This document shows, piece after piece, positions 9,253 to 18,300 of a stretch of DNA of 64,000 nucleotides; the stretch's first letter is position 1, and every line of letters begins with the position of its first letter. The notes beneath the pieces are model-generated. The model did no database searches, was not told the origin of the DNA, and saw only the letters and a list, made by a program, of their open reading frames with translations. Position numbers and translations under genes: made by a program. Origin of the DNA: an uncultured Pseudomonadota bacterium (GTDB lineage Bacteria > Oederibacteriota > Muellerivitia > Muellerivitales > Muellerivitaceae); contig CAWIIP010000002.1 in the NCBI GenBank assembly GCA_963836235.1, positions 992,001 to 1,056,000 of the forward strand, in the 5' to 3' direction.

Positions 9253-11491
9253 AAGTGAATCTCCAGATATTATCGTATTGCTGATAGCTTGGGTTTTCGG
9301 GCCAGGCGTAGGTGGTAAAAAAGTAATCCCCCCGGAAATTAATGCTGTCGCTTAGTGGATATTTAAACCCAAAAGCCAGGGTGGTCCGGGTAATGTCAAG
9401 GGATTGGGGTAGGAGACTATAGTTAACATCAATGTTGTTGTAAGCAGCGTTATCCTCAAAAAACGGATACTCACCCAAAGAAGTGGGGTTTCCATATCCA
9501 GTTAATATGTACTCCGACCCAGCCGAGGTCGTCCGTTCTAAGGCCGCAGACCAAATCACTGGGGTGATGATCGGAATGGGAATGTTGAAATCGGTTGCGA
9601 GGATAAGGGTATTGACGGTGAGGGAATTAACCCCGTCGCCCAAATCGGTGGTCTGGTGCTTGTAATCGAATTGGAAGTCATAGGTCCTGGATTTCATGGA
9701 GAAGGCCTTATCCAAGGATACTGTCAGGGCCGCCTCATAACCACCAAAGGTTCGGATCGTCGGGTCACCAAGAGCCAACACACCTGTACCAAGCTGGTTG
9801 AGAATGTAATCCGGCTGTATTTCATGAAAACCGCTCAACACATAAGAAGCTTGGGGTTTCAACCAGCCATCCTGTCCGATATCGGCAGAGAATCCGAGGA
9901 CTGTTCCTTCCCGGTTGGGGGTGGCGTCCCCATAAGGAAGCCTGTTTTCCGACAAGACATCAAAAGGCGCGAAAGAGGGTCGGTTGACATCCTGAAAGAC
10001 GAAGTTATTGAGGTACCCCGGCAAGGCATCGTCGATACCGAACATATTCGTGCTCAGGTAGTTTTGGAAACCTGCCAGAGGAGTGAAGGCGTTGGTTTGG
10101 GCACCGGGCGAGTAAAAATAAGGACCGATGCTCAGGTATTTGGCCGTGAAATGTGCGCCCAGGATGTTCAAGGACCCTTCCGCCACCATACCCCAATCCT
10201 CGAAAACCCGATTGTTCGCCAGGGGATCATTGGTTGTGTCGTCATATTGGGTAAAGGCCTTCTCCACCGTACCTGTTAGGTTTACCTTGTCGGCAAAAGG
10301 CAAGGTGACCCGCGCGTCCAAGCTTCCGATCTGGTATTGCTTGGCAAAGGTCGATGGAAAATCGGGGAGATAAGGTACGTTGGCGCTACCAGGATCCTGC
10401 CAGAGGAGTAACCCAACCCCTTTTAATTCCACGTTATCGCCCAGGAAGCTCAGGGAGTCTTGGCTCCCCGCGTAATAACTGGCGAAAGTAGAAGTCGTGG
10501 CGTCCTGCAGAGTCCCCGCCATGGCCTGCAACCCGAAACCGCTGAGAACGTCTTTCGACCAATCCCTCCCAGAAGCAAGTTGGAAGCCTCGCATATGCCA
10601 ATCAGGAGCATGATCCATATAGACCAGTTCCTCCGTGTCGATGCGGTTTCGATAGAAGGAAGTGGGTTCAATGAGGGTGTAAACCGGAGAGCCAGAGTTC
10701 CAAAGGGTGAGCGGGGTGTAGCTCTTAAAAAAGTCGCCGGCGGTCAGGTTGACGACCTCGTTGGTGTTAGAAAGGGAAAGCCACCTCAACTGGTACTCGG
10801 GCTGGATGGGATCCTGGTAATACATACCGATGGACCGCCAAAACCTTAAACGGGCTTCGAACAAAACATCAGGGACCGGAACGCTCTTCAAATCCATTTC
10901 CATAAAGATATCAGCGTTGTAATCCATGGGCGGATAGGCTGCGTCAGCTCCGAAGCCTCTGTAATTGTACATGTAGCCCCTGGAAAAGCCGTTCACGTCC
11001 GTTCCGGTGCGTTTCAAATATTCTTTTTGTAGCGCCGCGAAAACCTCGTTCCGGGCCCTGTCATCTAAAAGCTTGTTTTCCAACTGATCGACCTCGATCC
11101 CGAGGGTTGTCAATTCGGTCCGAAATTCTTCCACCAGCTCTTCCAAACTTTTGGCCGCTTGATCGGCTCCGGCGGCGGGAAGGGGGGCCATGCCCGGCAA
11201 ATCCATGCCGCCCGGCAGAGCCGGAGGCGCCGTGTCCAGAGGAGGAAGCCCGTTGGCTTGGGCCATCATCTCGGAAGCTTGGGCCGTCAAACCTACCACT
11301 TGGAAATTGGTCAGTTGGTCAACGGACTTTCCCGGATCTGAAACCAGCCCCGCGGCTACGAGGTCGGAAAGGCTCGTGTTGATCCAAGGATCCCGTTGCG
11401 TGGAGGACAAGGGACCGTGGGCTGCAAAAGCCGGGCAAGTGGCTACCGTTAAAAACACGGTCATTAAATTTTTTAATAGTCTTCGGTTCAT
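9236..11491 (-). CDS. Large outer-membrane protein, SLH-like + coiled coil + putative beta-barrel (paralog B)
   Basis: Signal peptide (AFA); LSDLVAAGLV; LEELVEEFRTELTTLGIEVDQLENK resembles the OmpM/SlpA stalk; SYTPLTLWN and PYGDATPNREG shared with paralog C; ends RFTYEAHF. Confidence 0.72.
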   Translation of the reverse strand: MNRRLLKNLMTVFLTVATCPAFAAHGPLSSTQRDPWINTSLSDLVAAGLVSDPGKSVDQLTNFQVVGLTAQASEMMAQANGLPPLDTAPPALPGGMDLPGMAPLPAAGADQAAKSLEELVEEFRTELTTLGIEVDQLENKLLDDRARNEVFAALQKEYLKRTGTDVNGFSRGYMYNYRGFGADAAYPPMDYNADIFMEMDLKSVPVPDVLFEARLRFWRSIGMYYQDPIQPEYQLRWLSLSNTNEVVNLTAGDFFKSYTPLTLWNSGSPVYTLIEPTSFYRNRIDTEELVYMDHAPDWHMRGFQLASGRDWSKDVLSGFGLQAMAGTLQDATTSTFASYYAGSQDSLSFLGDNVELKGVGLLLWQDPGSANVPYLPDFPSTFAKQYQIGSLDARVTLPFADKVNLTGTVEKAFTQYDDTTNDPLANNRVFEDWGMVAEGSLNILGAHFTAKYLSIGPYFYSPGAQTNAFTPLAGFQNYLSTNMFGIDDALPGYLNNFVFQDVNRPSFAPFDVLSENRLPYGDATPNREGTVLGFSADIGQDGWLKPQASYVLSGFHEIQPDYILNQLGTGVLALGDPTIRTFGGYEAALTVSLDKAFSMKSRTYDFQFDYKHQTTDLGDGVNSLTVNTLILATDFNIPIPIITPVIWSAALERTTSAGSEYILTGYGNPTSLGEYPFFEDNAAYNNIDVNYSLLPQSLDITRTTLAFGFKYPLSDSINFRGDYFFTTYAWPENPSYQQYDNIWRFTYEAHF

Positions 11492-11555
11492 CCCGATCCC
11501 AATGATTCTTTTTTATTACAACTCTCTACTAACCGTGAACAACGGCTAACCACCC

Positions 11556-14225
11556 TTAAAACAGGAACTTAAGCCTACTGAAATATTGGTCTCCTTGATA
11601 ATTATTGGCCGAAACGTAATTGTCCTGAAAATCGATGTGCTTGTAACGGAATTCGAATTTTCCGCTGCACCAGGGGATGTCATAAGCAAAACCCAAACCG
11701 AAGGCATGGGTGAGGTAATCCACTTGTGGATAGGTGTAAGCGGACTTCCAGGTTTCCACTCCCAGGTCCGCCATCAGGTCGATGTCGTGCAATACATTGA
11801 TCATCACGTCTGCGTCCCAAACCTTTTGATCGAACAAGTTAGGAATATTGGCGGAAAGGGCGGAGGGGTTAACGGAAGTCGAATAACTGCCGGTCAGGTT
11901 GGTGACCGCGTTCGAAGCGGCCCCAGAAACCTGGTTGTCGGTCATATAAAAAGTGCCATCAATGGGGGACTGGATTCCCATCCACTTGTTCAATTGAATC
12001 TTGGTTGTAAAAGTAAAATAGTTATACGTTTTGAGGTCTGTAATATTGGCATATTGGTTGACGGTGAGTTTGGAACCGCTTGCTTGCGTTATCGTCGTGG
12101 TGGCAATGGCCTGTCCGGCGGTTTGGGGAGTCAGGCTCAGGGTTCCACCGTTGTTGTAGATAGGAAGAATCAGCGGCAGGCGCTCCGAACTGAGGCGGAA
12201 CTGGTAGCGCACGTCGTCGTTGGAAATGTCATTGTCATTACGAAGGGTCTCGATATTATTGATATAGTCCTGCCGGAGCGGGTTCACGTTGGGCGCATAG
12301 TTCCCCCACAAGTCCAAGCCCCAAAGCCCTTCGTCGTCGGGGTAATAAAACCTCAACATAGTGAAAGGCTCAATCACGTTGTAACCCAGGGGATCGAGTT
12401 CGGCCACGCTTTCCTTCTTTTGGGTGAGGTCAAGGTTGACGACGATGGCGTCCAGGAAACTCGGCCAGTCCTTCATCCAAGTCTGCTTTCGGCCATTCCA
12501 CCCAAAATTAAACCGCCATCCGTAGCGGTCGCTTTGGAGGGTATCCGCCTCGGCTACGGCGCCATAAACGTCGTTGAAATCGCTGGGATTCCAGGCCATT
12601 CCATAATGAAAAAAGTTAATGCCGCTCATCATGACCCGGCTTTGGAAGTCCGCGTAATTCGCCCCCATGGAGAAGGCATAAAGGGTAAATGGATAAAAAA
12701 GCAGGGAGGCTTGGCCAGCCCCGTCTTCGATATATTGATGGCTTGCTTTGAAGGCATAGGAAGTTCCGTCCAACGCGTTTGTCGAGCTTGAATAGGCCGG
12801 CCCCACATAGACGCCTCCGTCGGAGAAATCGGATAATCCACCGTTGAGTTCAAGAAAGAAGGGGTCCAAGTTCACCTTCACGTCGGCGGCATAGTCCCTC
12901 AAATCCAACTGGGGCGATTGGTTGACGCCGAAATTATCGTTGATCCATTCGGTGGAAACCGATGTGCGGACAAGGTTGTTGGACCAAGGCTCGTCGATCT
13001 TGACAGCCTCTTCCCACCTCTGGGTCTGGGTAGGGCTGGTTCCCATGCGCCCTGCCAAGACGGTCATGCGGGCGTCCTGGCCCAACCAGGGAACTTGCTG
13101 GCCCACGGCATAAACGCCGTCGAACACCCGGTCCGTAGCGGACTGGACATTTCCGGCGCTAGGGGAATAGGCGGGGATATAGCTGACAGCTGTCATGTAA
13201 TCATCCCAATTCTTGGCGTTCTTGTCGTCATTGAAGTTTTTGATGTCGAAGGGGTCCTCGAAGCGTTTGATGGCATAGGTGGCAAAGCCCCGGCTGAAAT
13301 TATCCAGGGTGGTGCTGGGGTTGTAGGTCTCCACTGCGAAGGTGGTGTCCCACTTGCCCAAATCCCCATAAAGGAAGAAGGTGGTGCTGGGATTGGCGAT
13401 ATAGATGGATGCGGGCGCCGTCCCCACCCCGGTAGCGACGACCCCGGAGGCGTTCGAATATGGCACAATGGCTCCGAAACCGGTGGAAAGAGTCCCCTTT
13501 CCTCCCAGATCGGAGTACATCCCCATATCGATTTGCTGAACCTCCCGCATGGCGTTGTTCAAGGCGGGCGCTCCGTTGCTCAAGGGTCCGGTGACATTGA
13601 TATTTTCGAACCGCATACTTGTGTTCTCGTAAAAATGAGGCATCCCCACCGATTTATTGGCCTTCTTCCAGACGGCGTCCACCTCATCCTGCGCGGCTTT
13701 CAACTTATCCAGCTCGTCCTCCTGCTGTTGAACGCGGGTATCGTTCAAAGCCATTTGGGTACGGAGATAGGCCGCGGAGTCGCGAAGCTGTTTCAAGAGA
13801 TCATCGATTTCTTTTTTAAGCGTGTCGGAAATAACAGGTGTTGGCAGGGCGGGAACAACGGGAGGGTTTGAAGGAAGAAGAGTCGGGACCGTCATCGCCG
13901 GAGTGGCGAAAACGGGCAAGGGGGCCGGAGCTGAAACCTGGGGTGTAGGTGTCGGCAATGTGAATTCAGGGGCGGATATGCGGGCTTTGGCTTTCTCCGT
14001 ATAAAAAGCCAGTTCGAGCCTCGTGACATACTTGCCTTGATCCAACACTTCCTTATCTTGTGCGTCCAGCAGGCCATAATCCCCTAGTTTTTTCACCCGC
14101 TGATAAAGGGTTTGATCCGGTCCCAGTTCCTCCCAAGGATTGGCCCAGGCATAAGGAGTGTTTAGGGCCATTGTGAACGCAAAAAAGGAAAGGGCGGCCC
14201 ATAAAATTTTGACCTTTAATTTCAA
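11556..14225 (-). CDS. Large outer-membrane protein, SLH-like + coiled coil + putative beta-barrel (paralog A)
   Basis: Signal peptide (AWA); NPWEELGPDQTLYQRVKKLGDYGLL...VTRLELA (SLH TRAE-like); Pro-rich linker; coiled coil; ends SRLKFLF. Confidence 0.7.
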   Translation of the reverse strand: MKLKVKILWAALSFFAFTMALNTPYAWANPWEELGPDQTLYQRVKKLGDYGLLDAQDKEVLDQGKYVTRLELAFYTEKAKARISAPEFTLPTPTPQVSAPAPLPVFATPAMTVPTLLPSNPPVVPALPTPVISDTLKKEIDDLLKQLRDSAAYLRTQMALNDTRVQQQEDELDKLKAAQDEVDAVWKKANKSVGMPHFYENTSMRFENINVTGPLSNGAPALNNAMREVQQIDMGMYSDLGGKGTLSTGFGAIVPYSNASGVVATGVGTAPASIYIANPSTTFFLYGDLGKWDTTFAVETYNPSTTLDNFSRGFATYAIKRFEDPFDIKNFNDDKNAKNWDDYMTAVSYIPAYSPSAGNVQSATDRVFDGVYAVGQQVPWLGQDARMTVLAGRMGTSPTQTQRWEEAVKIDEPWSNNLVRTSVSTEWINDNFGVNQSPQLDLRDYAADVKVNLDPFFLELNGGLSDFSDGGVYVGPAYSSSTNALDGTSYAFKASHQYIEDGAGQASLLFYPFTLYAFSMGANYADFQSRVMMSGINFFHYGMAWNPSDFNDVYGAVAEADTLQSDRYGWRFNFGWNGRKQTWMKDWPSFLDAIVVNLDLTQKKESVAELDPLGYNVIEPFTMLRFYYPDDEGLWGLDLWGNYAPNVNPLRQDYINNIETLRNDNDISNDDVRYQFRLSSERLPLILPIYNNGGTLSLTPQTAGQAIATTTITQASGSKLTVNQYANITDLKTYNYFTFTTKIQLNKWMGIQSPIDGTFYMTDNQVSGAASNAVTNLTGSYSTSVNPSALSANIPNLFDQKVWDADVMINVLHDIDLMADLGVETWKSAYTYPQVDYLTHAFGLGFAYDIPWCSGKFEFRYKHIDFQDNYVSANNYQGDQYFSRLKFLF

Positions 14226-14274
14226 AAAAACCCCTGTTATTGGTTATCCATCAAAAACCCTCTGCAATATTTCG

Positions 14275-15051
14275 TCAAAAGAATTCGATTTCATCAACCC
14301 AATAATCAATTTTATAAGTTCCGGCGTGGTTATCGCCGCTATGATCCCACTTAATATAGATGAACTCTTTCAAATGATCGGTCAAATCCGGGGGAGTCAC
14401 AGGTGATCCCCAGCCCGATTCTCTTTTCAAATCGGAGAAGACGTAACTTTTAGAGATCCAATCATTGGAAGGATCCATCATGGCCCCAAAGTGGTTATAG
14501 CAATCGCTTTGGCAGGTTCCCCCGTCGGAACCCGGAAGGGTCGCGGCGGTTCCGATTCCAAAACGCCGTTTCATCGATTGGTCGTCCGCTGGGCATTTAT
14601 AATAAAATTTTATTCCGGTAAAGGCGCTGGCGTCGTAATAACCGCTGTCCTTAAACTTACCTTGGAGGGTGAAAGCTGGATAAACCGCGTTCCCCTGGTC
14701 CACCAAGCTTCCAAAAACATGGGCCGCCATCTTGGTTCCGTTGGCCCCACCCGCGACTATGAAATCGCTATTGATGGTGTTACCGCCGAAAGTAATCGTG
14801 GTCCAAGCGCCCGAGGCACCCCCATAAAGTTTAGAATTGATATTTTTGGAACCATCATCAAAGTTGGAGATAAGGCAGGCTTCCGAGGGAATATTCACTT
14901 TAGGTTTGTTGGCATCGGCGTTCTGCAAGCCCTGACCTAGGGAAGCGTATTTAGAACCCTCATTTACAAACACCGCTCCACAACCCGCAACGAGAGAAAT
15001 GATGGTGAAGCCGATTAACACGGAAGAAAAGCGGCCCGAACCCATATTCAC
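14275..15051 (-). CDS. Lipoprotein with CBM11/CIA30-like domain (paralog 1)
   Basis: Lipobox LVAGC; LISNFDDG, YYDASAFTGIKF, GGTCQSDCYNHF, DYWVDEIEFF. Confidence 0.72.
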   Translation of the reverse strand: MNMGSGRFSSVLIGFTIISLVAGCGAVFVNEGSKYASLGQGLQNADANKPKVNIPSEACLISNFDDGSKNINSKLYGGASGAWTTITFGGNTINSDFIVAGGANGTKMAAHVFGSLVDQGNAVYPAFTLQGKFKDSGYYDASAFTGIKFYYKCPADDQSMKRRFGIGTAATLPGSDGGTCQSDCYNHFGAMMDPSNDWISKSYVFSDLKRESGWGSPVTPPDLTDHLKEFIYIKWDHSGDNHAGTYKIDYWVDEIEFF

Positions 15052-15283
15052 CCCTTCAAGGAAAAATGGCCGGCCAAAGATGCCGGACCGGTTTAAAAAA
15101 GGATTAGTTCTAAGTTACTTATGCCAATATCCGAAAGGGATTTCGGCGTTTTAAGTATTGTGTCTTTTATTAACTTGGATGAATGGCCTTCGCAACATTT
15201 TTGAAACCTGCAAAGGTGTCAAAGCCCCGGTATTCTACTAAAAGGATTTATAACCTGGTACCTATTTTTTACTAGGCGAAAAC

Positions 15284-15357
15284 GGAACCGGTTTTTATGC
15301 CCCAACTAAAATCATCCGTCGTTTCCCTTGAAAAAACCGTTTTTATGAAACGTTCAA
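15284..15357. promoter_or_regulatory. Candidate LacI-family operator-like sites upstream of the OMP operon
   Basis: GGAACCGGTTTT (15284-15295) and TGAAACGTTCAA (15346-15357) are CG-centred near-palindromes; a related GGACCGGTTT lies at 15085-15094. Confidence 0.3.
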
Positions 15358-15376
15358 CAACCAGGATTGTTCTTAA

Positions 15377-18300
15377 TCAATGATGATCATCGTCAAGAAT
15401 TCCCTTGGACTCGGCGGTTCCATCATCTTCGTTGGATAGTTTCCTGTCCGTTGGTTTCACGCTTGAAGAGGATGAAATTTTTTTCATATAAGAAAAATCG
15501 AAAACCCTCAAAGATTGACCAGGTTTTTCCACCATAACGGCCGCCATATAGCGGTTGTCCCTGTCCGGCTGATCCTCCTTGGGTATATTCACAAACAAGC
15601 TTTTCACGAGCACCCTATTGCCCGAAGGAACATCAAAAGGACCAACCGTAGCCAAATCGACGTAATAATTTTTCAAGGTGTCGATTTGGTGTAACACCAA
15701 TCCCTTCAGGTTTTCGGGAGAGTTATTGCGAATTTCCACGCTAATGGGTACCGGAACACCCGCTGGAATTCTTTTGGGAGCGGTCAAAGATACTTCGATA
15801 GGCGAAAGTCCCTCGACTTGTTGCAAGGTCGAAAAAGCTTTTCCACCTGATATGGCCCATTCCATGGAACTATAAGGCCCCCGGACGCCATAAATAATCC
15901 GGTAAAGGTCGTGCCAAAACATTCCCAATCCTGAGTTTACCCCAAACCAATTGTGGAAGGTGTCAACTTCCCGGTCGTAAAGTTCTTCCGGTCCCGGTGG
16001 ATCGATGGATTTTTGAACCCAGTTAAAATCTACCATTTCCCCCATGGCGTACATTCCGTTCGATCGGGAGAGGTAACCCGGCCACTGTTTCTTCATGGAA
16101 GCCATGGTGCCACGGTCACCCTCGTAAAGCATAATGTGGTTATAATTGACCCCAGCATCAATGAACATGGCAGGATCCTGCCCATGTTGGTGTCCCATTT
16201 GCCATCCCAAAGTAAAGGTAAAAACCGGCTTGGACATCTTGGCCTCATCGAGAATGCTTTTTAAAGTCATGGCCACTTTATGGGCCCGCCACCATTGAAA
16301 GAGTTCCACTACTTGAGGATCTTCTTTTTGTTCAACTGTTTTAGCCAACCAGTGGATGCGCTCCTGTTTAGAAAGGGATAAGAAATTATCGGGTTCCGGC
16401 ACATTCAAATCTTTCACGAATTCATCCACCATTTCATACCCTGCCGTACCCGTGCGTACATAGTCCATGCCCACCATATCGATGTCGGGGTCCTTATCCA
16501 ACTCTTTGAGGAAATTGACAATGTCTTGGTGGCGCTTGGAATCCTCCAGAGAAATAAAACGGTTTTGTACGACAGAATCGGTATCCGGATCATAACCCAA
16601 CGAGAATTCGTAAGGCGCTTGGTTCCAAGCGTCCCCGACGACCTTAAATGTTGTCATATAACCCCCGAATTTAAGTCCCGCGACATGGGCGGCTTTGGCA
16701 TATTTGCGCCCCACTTCCATATCGCCGCGGCTAAAGGGAAAATCCTTGGCATTCAAGTGATCCCAAATGGAGGTTTGCCCCATGAGGTAACAATAAGCGT
16801 TCGCGCCCATGAATTGGGCCCACTCAATCGCATTGGAAGCCGTAAGGGAATCACTCCCATCCAACGCTGGAACCGCTCCTCTGATTAACTGCTTACCTCC
16901 TTCCATCGTCAAAGCCGCGTATCCCGGGTAAAGGCCGTTGGGTTTCAATGGAGATAAGGTAAAAGCGGACTCAAAAACCTTTGGTGATCCCCATCGGGGG
17001 GATGTTACCGTGACCTCGGCAATATAAGTTCCTGGAACCGGGTTATAGGGGATGGGCCAATTGCCCGCGAACTTTTTCGAATCCATGTCTCTTTTTAAAT
17101 TTAATTTAGACTGCCCATCCACCATGTTCACCGGTATACCGTTGTGGAAAACCTCGACCACCGCTTGCATTTCAGGAAAAGATGAAATTTCATCCTGGTT
17201 TAATCGTACCTCGAAAGGAACCATCTCAAATCTTAAGTAATTCCTTGTCGGCATAACCGCAATGACGTCGGGGATCATTTGTGAAACCATGGGAACCAAA
17301 AGGCCCATTCTTTTGGACTGGGGAAGAAGGGTTGCCTTGGCCCAAAAAAGCCCACCTCCAATAAATAAAGCTGCGGTTAAGGCCCACCGAAACGAATTCC
17401 GGCCTCGAAACCAACGCGGAATCTCAGCTATAGGAATCTGGGGCGCCGGAAATCTCCATTCCGACTGAGGTTGGGAGTTTGGAACTTCAACAAAAGGCAT
17501 GGGTGAGGTCGACGTTAGGGGCGTCGATTCGGTGAAAGTGGGCTTCAAAAAGGATTGAATTAATTCCCCTTCAGAAAGGGGCGCTGAAGGCGAAACGGCA
17601 TCTTCAACAACCCCACTTAGTTCTTGGACGCTGGTAACTTCTTCTCCACGTTCCACAACAGTTGTTTCTATCCTGGCAATGAAGGTTTCGGCGGGAATGG
17701 ATCTGTTCTGGACCGGAGGCGGATTGGGGGATTTACGTTGAAAAGCAGAACGAATTTTCATGGTGAAAATTTTGAACTTTTCATGAACAAAAAGAAAAGT
17801 TCTATCTCCTATAGAAGTTCTCTTTTGAGTAAATGGCCCCGGACCTTTGGACGTTTTTTGAGTCGATCCGGTTATCTTTTCGACGGCTTCCGCAGAAACC
17901 TTACCCCCGGACCGAAAAACAGAACCCGTTCCCCTTCCTAAAATCCGGACTCCGACGAACAAAACCGCCAGGATGGAAAGGATAAGTCCGAATGCCGCTC
18001 CAAGCTGCTGGCCGACAGCGTGAAAAAGATTGGAAGTCTTTTCCTTGAATGCGTTGAAGTTAGCGGAAATATTCAAGGAAACTGGTTCAACGGGTTTCGA
18101 TAAGCGGAATGGTTCTAACTCGGGTTGGTTGACCGGCGCCGCGACTTCCTGCGGCAATGGGTTTTCGCGAGTGAGACGGACAACCGCCTCCACATGATAG
18201 GTTTGGGGAAACATATCCAAAGGTTGGGCCCAATCCACAACGTAACCATGCTTTACCAACAACGCGAGATCCCGCGCCAAAGTGGAGGGATCACAAGAAA

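Noticed and set aside
11586-13871. Long plus-strand ORFs 11586..12791 and 12918..13871
   Set aside because: Antisense to the OMP gene, no recognisable motifs; expected from GC-rich codon bias.
6811-14225. TonB-dependent receptor (SusC-like) assignment for the three large OMPs
   Set aside because: No TonB box, plug-domain motifs or SusD-like partner; the N-termini are SLH-like plus coiled coil instead.
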